Shown one piece after another: positions 18,801 through 26,493 of a stretch of 64,000 nucleotides of DNA (position 1 is its first letter; the number at the start of each line of letters is the position of its first letter). Made by a program: the position numbers and the translations under genes. Source of the stretch: an uncultured bacterium (GTDB lineage: Bacteria; Krumholzibacteriota; Krumholzibacteriia; LZORAL124-64-63). The notes under the pieces are model-generated. The model was given only the letters and a program-made list of their open reading frames with translations. It ran no database searches and had not been told where the DNA came from. The stretch covers positions 2,176,001-2,240,000 of the forward strand of contig CAVSGO010000007.1 in the NCBI GenBank assembly GCA_963727525.1, written 5' to 3'.

Positions 18801-18973
18801 TGGCGGGCCACGCCATCGCGCAGCTCGTGAACGCCCACTACGAGCCGGGCATGCACCGCGTGCAGTGGCACGGCCTCGACGCCTCCGGCCGCGCCGTGGC
18901 CTCGGGCACCTACATCGTCGTCATGCAGACCGAGGAGGGAACGCAGACGCAGAAGATCACCCTCGTGAGGTGA
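15872..18973 (+). CDS. Immune inhibitor A-like M6 metallopeptidase with FlgD-Ig/T9SS-like CTD
   Basis: QPDGT..GDEW propeptide, IWSH, HEFGHALGLPDLY, WGLMSGG.W, EYFLVENRQ, C-terminal PNPFNP..KITLVR. Confidence 0.92.
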   Translation: MHSSRLAFLLALIAACLLPALSSAIPAIQTPVDTTQPDGTPLTVRLYGDEWYHFYETQTGYAIVQDADGWWSYAELDADGRYTASSYLAGKSAPGLSAFLARVGPNLREDSRYWTESHDRFFDRTLPGILDQAEKMADAQGRVSMSVPVVLIQYPDFFASQTVASFNDMMNTTGYNGTGSFQDYYMEDSYGNLTVTATVFGWYTAPNIRHYYRHDMGALPNLNKARELVRNAVDQAEFTGGAAWGPFDNDSDGNVDVVFIVHQGPGAECGNPEFIWSHHWYLNAAGSSYSVTYDGKLIDRYIIQPEISCGGSHIEIGVFCHEFGHALGLPDLYDIDGSSEGIGNWGLMSGGGWGGNGFTPQTPTHMCAWSKAEVGWVIPTVVPGNQTAANIPQVETSPTVYKLWTNGMPANEYFLVENRQQTGFDANLFTGGLAVWHIDESRRRTDNTDNADETHKLVDLEAADGNLDLDNAVNRGDNGDLFPGSSTNRFFNGSTTPNSDSYAGAATSVCVNNVSNSASPMTADFCVTATLPPDLMIRDCAADMGAEPDIPCNSNWVQSLDIYIDNNDDGTIDAPNPGWGPNHLYVRAWNNGGPDVNATIRCWYVNPSLGLRFGAGGNPGQVQIVDATTFQDHVDVPSIGHVPPTPGGLGYRAFFHWAIPNPPPSIDHYCIGCLITSAADPQTSPIPIQENNLGQINYWALALKAGTMPAKAAVPDTTLTVFREPITINNPYDETRDFHVVVSGLEPPFFVEPSELILTLQPGEQQVHTFDIIKEDSQHGDIGHVKFELYTLPDNELAGGLYHDLFIDSYGPDMPQGWSVDYFQPGGDNYPRPAPKYVLTWQATDFDVTGLPERVRNYEVYASPDSNALEQPNPENIIAHTAADADLQKPGYQYNYYPSSNDEPDMYFTVRAVDTAGNDGRMTPIMTAPLGGGPTDAPPALTGDQLLPNAPNPFNPATSIWFRLAVPQRVRVSVTDVAGHAIAQLVNAHYEPGMHRVQWHGLDASGRAVASGTYIVVMQTEEGTQTQKITLVR

Positions 18974-18981
18974 TGCCCACG

Positions 18982-19015
18982 CCACCGCCCGCGACCTCGG
19001 GGCCGCGGGCGGTGG
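18982..19015 (+). terminator. GC-rich hairpin after the M6 gene
   Basis: CCACCGCCCGCG-N10-CGCGGGCGGTGG, 12-bp stem, no U-tract. Confidence 0.5.
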
Positions 19016-19028
19016 TACCGGACGGAAA

Positions 19029-19080
19029 TCTCGGTGCCGGCGCCGAGACCACAAGCTATTACATTTCAATTAATTATAGC
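19029..19080. repeat. Palindrome + AT-rich element, copy B
   Basis: TCTCGGTGCCGGCGCCGAGA near-palindrome followed by CACAAGCTATTACATTTCAATTAATTATAGC (contains IHF-like TTTCAA-N4-TTA). Confidence 0.5.
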
Positions 19081-19266
19081 GTTCGCGCCAAGGCAGCCCC
19101 CACGAGCATGAAGCCACCACCGACCGAGAGGGTCGGCACGTCACCGCGCTGACCTCGCGACTGGCCCCCGGTAACGAAGGAGTCGCCCGTCCCGTTGCCG
19201 GCCTGCGTGGAGCCGGCGCCGAAGCTACCTTGGCGTGACGGCCCCGGTTTCCAGCAAAGGACCTCC

Positions 19267-21402
19267 ATGCGCCCGGCCCTGCTCGTCATCACGCTCCTGC
19301 TCACCACTCCCGCCCTCGCGGACCCCGGTCCCGTGCCCTCGCTCGACCTGCCCGACTCCATCCGCGTGATCGTCGACCCGGGCGTGAGCACGCTCGACAC
19401 GCTCCGCACCACCGCGCCGCGGGTGACGGTGGCCGAGGTGGTGCGGCGGATCGGGGCGCGCATGGCGAGCGAGCGGGCGCGGATCCGCACGCACGAGTAC
19501 ACGGGGCTCACGAAGATCATCGCCATCCATGGCACCGATGCCGACGGCATCCCCGAGCGCAAGATCTACGAGACCGCCGAGCGCGTGCGGCTGGATCGCG
19601 GCGGCGACTATCAACACGTCACGCTGTGGCGGCGCGAGCAGACCTGGAAGCATGGCGAGCTGGCGAAGACCGAGGTGAAGGACGAGGTCGAGACGTCGTG
19701 GGAGACGATCGGCGAGGAAGTGCGCGAGAGCATCCCGTTCTCGCCCGAGTCGGGCGACGACTACACCTACGCCATCGTCGACCGCGCGCTCGCCGACAGC
19801 ACCGTGATCTACGAGGTCCGCTACACGCCCAAGAGCAAGTTCGACGGCCTCTCCAGCGGCACGGTATGGATCGATTACGGCGAGTACGTGATCCGGCGCC
19901 TGGCCGGCGAGATCGTGGAATCGCCGCCGGTGCCGCTGCTGGTGCGGGCCATCTCCGACTTCCGCGCCCGCTTCAAGCCCTGCGGCGACTTCTGGGTGCT
20001 CGACGACATCTACGCGCGCATCGAGCTGCGCGACGTGCCCCTGCTCGGCCTGCCGCGCACGCTGGAGTTCCATTACTGGACGCAGGGGCACGTGATCAAC
20101 GGCGTGCGCTACGAGCCGGAACCCGCATTGCCCGATACCGCTTTGCCTGATACCGCCTCGCCCGACACCACGACCGGTTACTGGGACCATCTCGACGCGC
20201 ACTGGGACGATGCCATCGGCGACGATCTCTTCGGCTTCCCTCTGAGCGACGCGCGCGTCGATTCGCTCACGGACATGGGCCGCGACCGGATCGCCGCGAT
20301 GCTGGCCGGCAGGGTGTTCAAGGTCAATCTCGATCCCATCGGCCGGCTCGACTTCGACCGCGTCGAGGGCCTGCGCCCTGGCGCCTCGCTGAAGGTACGC
20401 CATCTGAGCGCCGTGCCGCCCACGCTCGAGCTGGGCGCGGGCTATGGACTGTCGAGCCACCGCTGGATCGCCGATGGGAGCCTGCGCGTGCCGCTCGTGA
20501 GGCGCCAGCCGCGACGGCCCGATGGCCAGCCGACCGGGCTCGCCTACCCGCGCCTCGAGGCCGAGATCTTCGGCGCCGATTCGATCCGGCGCTTCGGTGG
20601 CGACCCACGGCCCGAACGCACGCTGCAGGCCATCTTCGCTGGCGACGATCCCAACCAGTACCTCGGCACCCGCAGCGCCGGCCTCACCCTGCGCCTGCGC
20701 CCGGCGCGCCGGTTGACCCTGAGCCTGGGCGGCCACTTCGACAACGAGCGGCCCCTGCCCGTCGCCACGCGGTGGACCGTCTTCGGCAACACCGAGGACG
20801 TGGCGGACAACGAGCCGGCGGAGCGCCTCGTCGACCATGCCATCACCGCGGGCGTTGGCCTCGAGGGGCGACGCTGGACGGTGGCCCTCGATGCCGCGCG
20901 CCACCATGCCCTGCACACCGACTTCCACACGCTGGCCCTCGACACGCGCGGTAGCGCGCTCGATCGCCACGGCAACGAACTGGCGCTGCACCTGGCCGGC
21001 CGCATCTGGGATCGCCGCGCACCGGTGCAGTGGAAGACGTGGCTCGGCGACTGGCCCACCCTGCGCGGCTACGATATCCAGGAGCTGGCTGGCGACCACG
21101 CCACCTGGGGCAACGTCGATGTGCGCTGGGGTACCGACGTGCTCAAGGCCCTGCGCGTGCCTCTGCTCGGCAAGCTCGGCCTTCAGCCCCTCAGCTTCGT
21201 GGACGCCGCCTGGTCCGAGCTGCGCGACCCGCAGCGCGACGCCCGCTGGCGCGACGGCTTCCGTATGGATGCCGGCGTGGGGTTCGGCAAGCTGATCGGG
21301 GGAGCCGGCATCGGGGGGCGCCTGAGGGTCTATGCCGCCCACCCGGTGTTCGACGGCCAGGAGGGGCAGGGCTGGCGCTTCCTCCTGGTATTCGAGCCAT
21401 GA
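19267..21402 (+). CDS. Probable outer-membrane protein (DUF5686-like, beta-barrel C-terminus)
   Basis: Signal peptide; LolA-like segment YTY......VIYEVRYTPK....SGTVWID; FDRVEG.R.G, GYGLSS, TLRGY, and terminal beta strands. Confidence 0.7.
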   Translation: MRPALLVITLLLTTPALADPGPVPSLDLPDSIRVIVDPGVSTLDTLRTTAPRVTVAEVVRRIGARMASERARIRTHEYTGLTKIIAIHGTDADGIPERKIYETAERVRLDRGGDYQHVTLWRREQTWKHGELAKTEVKDEVETSWETIGEEVRESIPFSPESGDDYTYAIVDRALADSTVIYEVRYTPKSKFDGLSSGTVWIDYGEYVIRRLAGEIVESPPVPLLVRAISDFRARFKPCGDFWVLDDIYARIELRDVPLLGLPRTLEFHYWTQGHVINGVRYEPEPALPDTALPDTASPDTTTGYWDHLDAHWDDAIGDDLFGFPLSDARVDSLTDMGRDRIAAMLAGRVFKVNLDPIGRLDFDRVEGLRPGASLKVRHLSAVPPTLELGAGYGLSSHRWIADGSLRVPLVRRQPRRPDGQPTGLAYPRLEAEIFGADSIRRFGGDPRPERTLQAIFAGDDPNQYLGTRSAGLTLRLRPARRLTLSLGGHFDNERPLPVATRWTVFGNTEDVADNEPAERLVDHAITAGVGLEGRRWTVALDAARHHALHTDFHTLALDTRGSALDRHGNELALHLAGRIWDRRAPVQWKTWLGDWPTLRGYDIQELAGDHATWGNVDVRWGTDVLKALRVPLLGKLGLQPLSFVDAAWSELRDPQRDARWRDGFRMDAGVGFGKLIGGAGIGGRLRVYAAHPVFDGQEGQGWRFLLVFEP
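20125..20169 (+). repeat. 3 x 15-bp tandem repeat encoding ALPDT-ALPDT-ASPDT linker
   Basis: gcattgcccgatacc / gctttgcctgatacc / gcctcgcccgacacc. Confidence 0.8.
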
Positions 21403-21515
21403 GCGCCCGCACCTGGCTCAGGCGCGTGGGCGTCGCCGGTTTCGTCTTCTTCCTGGTCAAGGGCCTGCTCTGGCTGCTCCTGCCTCTGCTGCTCGTGGAA
21501 ACGTGCGGCGGGTAG
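21399..21515 (+). CDS. 38-aa membrane peptide
   Basis: ATGA overlap with the upstream stop; MSARTWLRRVGVAGFVFFLVKGLLWLLLPLLLVETCGG; GC3-rich codons. Confidence 0.7.
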   Translation: MSARTWLRRVGVAGFVFFLVKGLLWLLLPLLLVETCGG

Positions 21516-21525
21516 CCGGCACGCG

Positions 21526-23313
21526 TCACGACGGGATGATCTTGATCGGCGCATCCACCACCATCTCCAGCAGCGCGTGCGACAGGGTCTTGCCCTGCGG
21601 GTCGAGCATGAGCGACACGGTGCCGCCGCCGCCGAGAGCCTCCTCCAGCAGGAAATTCAGCGCCAGCAGGTTGTCCAGCTCGTGGCGGATGACCTTGCCC
21701 TTCACGATGCCGGCGAAGAAGCGCTTCACCACCGGCGGCGTGAGCGTCTCGCGCAGCCAGTCGTAGATCTCCGGCGAGCGCGCCAGGACGCCGACATTGC
21801 AGGTGTCGCCCTTGTCGCCCGAGCGCGCGTAGGCCAGGGTACGCAGCTGGGTGCGGCGGGTGCGCGAGGGCCATTCGCGTACGCGCGGACGCGCCTCGGG
21901 CCGGCAGGACTCCTCGGCCGGCTGCGGGGGCACGGCGTCGTCGAAGACGATGGTGCGGGAGTGCTCGGAGCCGTCGGGCCGGAGGGCCACCATCCGCGCG
22001 GGCACGCTACTGCGTTTCATGAGCGCCGGCCAGTAGGCGACCACTCGCCGTGGTTTCGGGCGGCCGGCCGTCACGGCCATGCCGCTGGGGCCCGAGAGGA
22101 TGAGCGCCGGCAACTGCACGCCGAAGGCCTCCACCTTGGTGCGGTTGTGATCGCGCACGCCCAGGCGCAGGAGCACCTCGTCGGGCTCGCCGATGTTGAG
22201 AGTACGCGCCCAGATCGAGCCGGTACCCACCACCGAGGTATGCGTCTCCTCGTAGGCATGGCCGAGGCGCTTCCACAAGATCTTGGCCGCCGCCTCCGAC
22301 TTGGCCCTGGCTTCGGGCCCGCAGACCAGGAGATGGCCCAGGGCCTTCCAGCCGTCGTCGTAGGCCATCGACACCTTGAACATGGCGGGGCGCGGACAGC
22401 CGCGCACGCCGCTGACGCACACGCGGTTCTTACCGACCTCGGCGAGGGCGATGGTGTCGAAGCGCGCGATCACATCGGGCGAGATGTACTGCGAGGGGTC
22501 GCCCATCTCGTAGACGAGCTGCTCCTTCACCGTCTTCTCGTTCACGAGGCCGCCGGTGCGCGCGTGCTTGGTGACCTCGAACACGCCGTCGTCCCCCATC
22601 TCGATGATGGGAAAACCGATGGTGGCCAGGTGCGGCACCTCGTGCCAATCGGTGAGGTTGCCGCCCGTGGCCTGCGTACCACACTCGATGATATGGCCGG
22701 CCACGATGCCGGCGGCGAGGTGATCCCAGTCGTCCTCCTGCCAGCCGAACTCGTGGATCATGGGCGCCAGCGTGATGCCGGTGTCGGTCACACGGCCGGT
22801 GACGATCACCTGGCAACCCGCCGCGAGCGCGGCCACCACCGGCTCGGCACCGAAGTAGACGTTGGCGGCCGTCACCTGATCCTGCACGTCGTCGAAGGCC
22901 TCGCCCGACTCCATGTTGGCGAAGCTCTCGCCCGCCGCACGCAGCTCGTCGAGGCGGCCCACGATGTCATCGCCGTCGACCACGCCGACCGTGACGCGCA
23001 GACCCAGTTCGCCGGCCAGCTCGCGGATCTTGCGGCCCAGGCCGAGTGGGTTGATGCCGCCGGCGTTGGTGATGACCTTCACGCCGTGCTCGACCATGAG
23101 CGGCAGGCATTCGCGTAGCTGGTCGAGAAAGTCCACTGCGTAGCCCAGCTCGGGCTGCTTCGCGCGCTGCGCCTGCAAGATCGACATCGTGACCTCGGCC
23201 AGGTAGTCGATGGTGACGTAGTCGAGGGGGCCGCCCTCGATCTGACGCTTGAGTGCGCCCGGATCGTCGCCCCAGTAGCCGCCGGCGTTGCCGATACGGA
23301 TGGTCCGTCTCAT
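21526..23313 (-). CDS. Acyclic terpene utilization AtuA-family protein (both domains fused)
   Basis: IGNAGGYWGD, DYLAEVTMSIL, TNAGGINP, TGRVTD, AGHIIECG.QATGGN, EQLVYEMGDP, AYARSGDKGD, DPQGK. Confidence 0.92.
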   Translation of the reverse strand: MRRTIRIGNAGGYWGDDPGALKRQIEGGPLDYVTIDYLAEVTMSILQAQRAKQPELGYAVDFLDQLRECLPLMVEHGVKVITNAGGINPLGLGRKIRELAGELGLRVTVGVVDGDDIVGRLDELRAAGESFANMESGEAFDDVQDQVTAANVYFGAEPVVAALAAGCQVIVTGRVTDTGITLAPMIHEFGWQEDDWDHLAAGIVAGHIIECGTQATGGNLTDWHEVPHLATIGFPIIEMGDDGVFEVTKHARTGGLVNEKTVKEQLVYEMGDPSQYISPDVIARFDTIALAEVGKNRVCVSGVRGCPRPAMFKVSMAYDDGWKALGHLLVCGPEARAKSEAAAKILWKRLGHAYEETHTSVVGTGSIWARTLNIGEPDEVLLRLGVRDHNRTKVEAFGVQLPALILSGPSGMAVTAGRPKPRRVVAYWPALMKRSSVPARMVALRPDGSEHSRTIVFDDAVPPQPAEESCRPEARPRVREWPSRTRRTQLRTLAYARSGDKGDTCNVGVLARSPEIYDWLRETLTPPVVKRFFAGIVKGKVIRHELDNLLALNFLLEEALGGGGTVSLMLDPQGKTLSHALLEMVVDAPIKIIPS

Positions 23314-23406
23314 TGCATGGCTCCTCGGAATCAGGTATCGTGCCCGCGTCATGCTAGCTGCGTGACCGCGGAGTCACAAGGTGGTTTTCAGCTCAGGGGG
23401 CCCGCC

Positions 23407-23982
23407 ATGCCCGTCACCCGCTGCGCGTGGTGCGGCACCGATCCGCTCTACGTCGCCTACCACGACCAGGAGTGGGGCGTACCCGTGCATGACGACCGCC
23501 ACATGTTCGAACTGCTCGTGCTCGAGGGCGCCCAGGCCGGTCTCGCCTGGATCACGATACTGCGCAAGCGCGAGGGCTACCGGCGCGCCTTCGGCAATTT
23601 CGATGTCGAGGCCATTGCGCGCTATGGTCCGCGCGACGTCGCTCGCCTGCTCGCCGACCCGGGCATCGTGCGCAATCGCCTCAAGGTGGCGTCCGCCGTC
23701 ACCAACGCCGCCGCTTTCCTCGAGGTGCAGGCCCAGCGCGGTAGCTTCTGCCGCTACCTCTGGGACTTCGTCGACGGCCGCCCGGTGCAGAACCGCAGGC
23801 GCAGCCTCGACGAGGTCCCGCCGCGCACCGACCTGTCCGACCGCATCAGCAAGGATCTCAAGAAGCGCGGCTTCAAGTTCGTGGGTTCCACCATCGTCTA
23901 CGCGCACCTGCAATCGGCCGGGCTGGTGAACGACCACGTGGTCGACTGCATCCGCCACGCACCGGTGTCGCGGCTGCGCTGA
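23407..23982 (+). CDS. tag: DNA-3-methyladenine glycosylase I
   Basis: RCAW, YHDQEWG, LEGAQAGL.W.TIL.KR, GIVRNRLK, GFKFVG, G.VNDH...C. Confidence 0.96.
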   Translation: MPVTRCAWCGTDPLYVAYHDQEWGVPVHDDRHMFELLVLEGAQAGLAWITILRKREGYRRAFGNFDVEAIARYGPRDVARLLADPGIVRNRLKVASAVTNAAAFLEVQAQRGSFCRYLWDFVDGRPVQNRRRSLDEVPPRTDLSDRISKDLKKRGFKFVGSTIVYAHLQSAGLVNDHVVDCIRHAPVSRLR

Positions 23983-23995
23983 TCGGCGCGCCGAT

Positions 23996-24619
23996 CTAGG
24001 CGATCGGCGTCTGCGCGGCGAGCGCCAGGATCGCCTGCGCGGCCCGCGCGAGCGTGGTGCCGAACGCGATCACCCCGTCCTCGTGCCCGCCCATGACGAT
24101 CACGCCCTCGTGCACCACCGGGCCGCGGCGGTACAGGCGGATCATCTCCTGGGCCATCGCGGGCGTGCCGTATTCCACGTCGTCGCGCGTGGTGGGCAGC
24201 CGGTCGCGCTGGGCCAGCCAGATGGGCCGCGCATGCACGTGCACCACCCCACAGATCGCCGGATCGGCCGCGTAGAGCGCCGCATGCGTCAGCGCCTCCG
24301 ACGAGGCCTGGATCTCACCCACGCACCGCAGCCGGTTGCGATCGATGTCGGCGAGCGTCACCTCGGCGAAGTGGCGGTGGTCCACCTGCGGCAGCCCGCT
24401 CGTCTGGCTGCCGCTGATCAGGAAACGCGGCGAGGTGTGCAATCGCACGCTGATGTTGCCGTACCCCAGGCCCTCGGCGTCGGCACCGATGAGACGGCGG
24501 GCGAAGAGGCGGTCGCGCCACGTGAGCAGGTCGCGCAGGTCGGGCAACGGGCGCAGCGGACGCGCGACATGTTCGGCATGATACTTGACAACGCCTTCGC
24601 GCTCACCCGGATGCGTCAT
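23996..24619 (-). CDS. Class II aldolase/adducin-family protein
   Basis: GYGNIS.R, ISGSQT, SSEALTHAALY, VVHVH, YGTP.MA, GHEDG; ATGA-coupled to the upstream gene. Confidence 0.88.
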   Translation of the reverse strand: MTHPGEREGVVKYHAEHVARPLRPLPDLRDLLTWRDRLFARRLIGADAEGLGYGNISVRLHTSPRFLISGSQTSGLPQVDHRHFAEVTLADIDRNRLRCVGEIQASSEALTHAALYAADPAICGVVHVHARPIWLAQRDRLPTTRDDVEYGTPAMAQEMIRLYRRGPVVHEGVIVMGGHEDGVIAFGTTLARAAQAILALAAQTPIA

Positions 24620-26493
24620 CGCGGCTCCTTCAGCAGATCGCGGCCTTCCATGTCCGCGGTCGGCGCCAGGCCGAAGCGCGCCAGGATCGTGGGCGCGAGG
24701 TCGCGCAGGTCGGGATCGGCGACCGCGAGTGGCCGGTTGCTCAGCAGGATACCCGGCACCAGGTTGGCGGCCATGCAGTGGTCGCCGCTCCACTTCTTGG
24801 TGTTATCGTCGAAGACCACCGAGCCCACGCCGCCCAGGGCCGACTCGTTGCTGCCGCGCCAGCCGCGCGCGTAGCCCACGACGATATCGGGTGCCTCGGC
24901 CGCATGCGGACCATGATAAACCTGCGCGGCACGATAGGCGGTGGCGACGGCGTGTCCGCCGTTTCCCGGATCCACGGCCGCCTCGAGGGCGTGGGCGATC
25001 TCGTCCACCAGCGCGGCGGACTCGAACCCGGGCGCCACGATTCCGTACACCTCGCGGCCCCGTTGATTCACGTACAGCCCGTTGATGCCCAGACCGTAAG
25101 CGCGCGTGCGCGACCAGTCGACACCGTCGAGGAACGCCACCGCGTCGGGATCCACGCCGTCTTTCAGCACGAGGTAGCCGTGCTCGCGCAGCCACGCGTT
25201 CAGGTGCACGTTGCGATGGTAGGGCGCGAAGCCGTGATCGGACATCACGAGGATCGCGGTGTCGTCGCCGCAGGCGGCCACCGCCTCGCGCAGCACGTCG
25301 TCGAGGGCCGCGTACACGTCGCGCACGCGGTCGGTGAAGTCCGGATCGGCGCTCGCGTGAGAGGGCGCGTCGGCATCGAAGCTGCGCCAGAACATGTGGC
25401 AGGTCTGGTCGGGCAGGTTGAAGTAGAAGAAGAGGAAGGCACGATCCTGCTGCGCGAATCTTCGCAGCTCGTGTGTGAACTCGGTGCGCCGTTCGGCGAG
25501 GATCTGGTCGCTCTGTTGCACGTAGTCGCGGTCGGCGAGCACGCCGGCATCGAGCGCCTTGGTATCCTCGGGCAAACCCTGCGTGTAGTAGGGGCCGATG
25601 GCCTCCGCGAGGTCGCGCGCGTATTCCGGCGGTGTGCTGATGGGCTGCGACGGACGGCGCGGATCGATCTGGATCGGCGTGAGGTAGAGCCGCAGGTTCG
25701 GCGCCACGGTCATGAGATGGAACCGTCCGATCCCGAAGATCGTGTCTGCTGGTGCGAGCGCGAACCGGAAGGTGACCCAGTCGCTCCACTGCCCGGTGCG
25801 CAGGATGACGTCGCCGGCGCCGGCGCGCAGATGCACGGCGCCCCCGGCGCGATCGACCTCGCCCGTCACGCGGGTGGCGACCGCGGGCCCACCCTCTCGG
25901 TGCGGATCCGGCGGCCCGTCGATCGCGGCCGTGAAGCGTCCGTCCGCCAGCGCAATGCGCGCCACTTGCCCGCCCGCGATGTCCTGCGGCGCGGCGGGGT
26001 CGTCGGTGATGAGGGTGAAGATGCCGAACGTGCCCTGGATGTCGGGGGTGCCCATACCGGCGAGCGTGCGCGCCTCGCACGCCACCGGCGGGTAGTTAGC
26101 CGGCACCTTGAAGATGGTGACGTCGACGCCGGCCGCGGCCAGCGGCTGCCAGAACGCCGCCCCCTCGCGCTGGGACAGGATCGGGATGGGACCGCGCGGG
26201 TCGCGGTGGATGAAGTCGAAGACGCCATGCACGCCAGGGTTGGCGCCGGTGATGAACGTGGACCACGCCACCGGCGATTGCGGCGGCACGGACGTGCCGA
26301 GCGTGTGGAGCTGCCAGCCCGCGGCGAGCAGGCGATCGACGGTGGGCATGGCGCCCGCGGCCCGGTACCGCACCAGGAGCTGCGGATCCATGCCGTCGAA
26401 ACCCAGGACGAGCGCTTTCGTCGCGGCCAGGGCGGGGACGGCGCCCAGCAGGAACGCGAGGCCGAGGAGCGCGCCGCGGCGCCGCCCCCTCAT
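24616..26493 (-). CDS. Alkaline-phosphatase-superfamily nucleotide pyrophosphatase/phosphodiesterase-like protein
   Basis: Signal peptide; LGFDGMDP, PPQSPVAWSTFITG.NPG.HG.FDF, PD..CH, MSDHGF, WSGDH, DLAPTIL. Confidence 0.85.
   Translation of the reverse strand: MRGRRRGALLGLAFLLGAVPALAATKALVLGFDGMDPQLLVRYRAAGAMPTVDRLLAAGWQLHTLGTSVPPQSPVAWSTFITGANPGVHGVFDFIHRDPRGPIPILSQREGAAFWQPLAAAGVDVTIFKVPANYPPVACEARTLAGMGTPDIQGTFGIFTLITDDPAAPQDIAGGQVARIALADGRFTAAIDGPPDPHREGGPAVATRVTGEVDRAGGAVHLRAGAGDVILRTGQWSDWVTFRFALAPADTIFGIGRFHLMTVAPNLRLYLTPIQIDPRRPSQPISTPPEYARDLAEAIGPYYTQGLPEDTKALDAGVLADRDYVQQSDQILAERRTEFTHELRRFAQQDRAFLFFYFNLPDQTCHMFWRSFDADAPSHASADPDFTDRVRDVYAALDDVLREAVAACGDDTAILVMSDHGFAPYHRNVHLNAWLREHGYLVLKDGVDPDAVAFLDGVDWSRTRAYGLGINGLYVNQRGREVYGIVAPGFESAALVDEIAHALEAAVDPGNGGHAVATAYRAAQVYHGPHAAEAPDIVVGYARGWRGSNESALGGVGSVVFDDNTKKWSGDHCMAANLVPGILLSNRPLAVADPDLRDLAPTILARFGLAPTADMEGRDLLKEPR

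Noticed and set aside
19168-19178. CCCGGTAACGA repeated at 63841
   Set aside because: Only about 11-12 bp in different contexts; compatible with chance in GC-rich DNA
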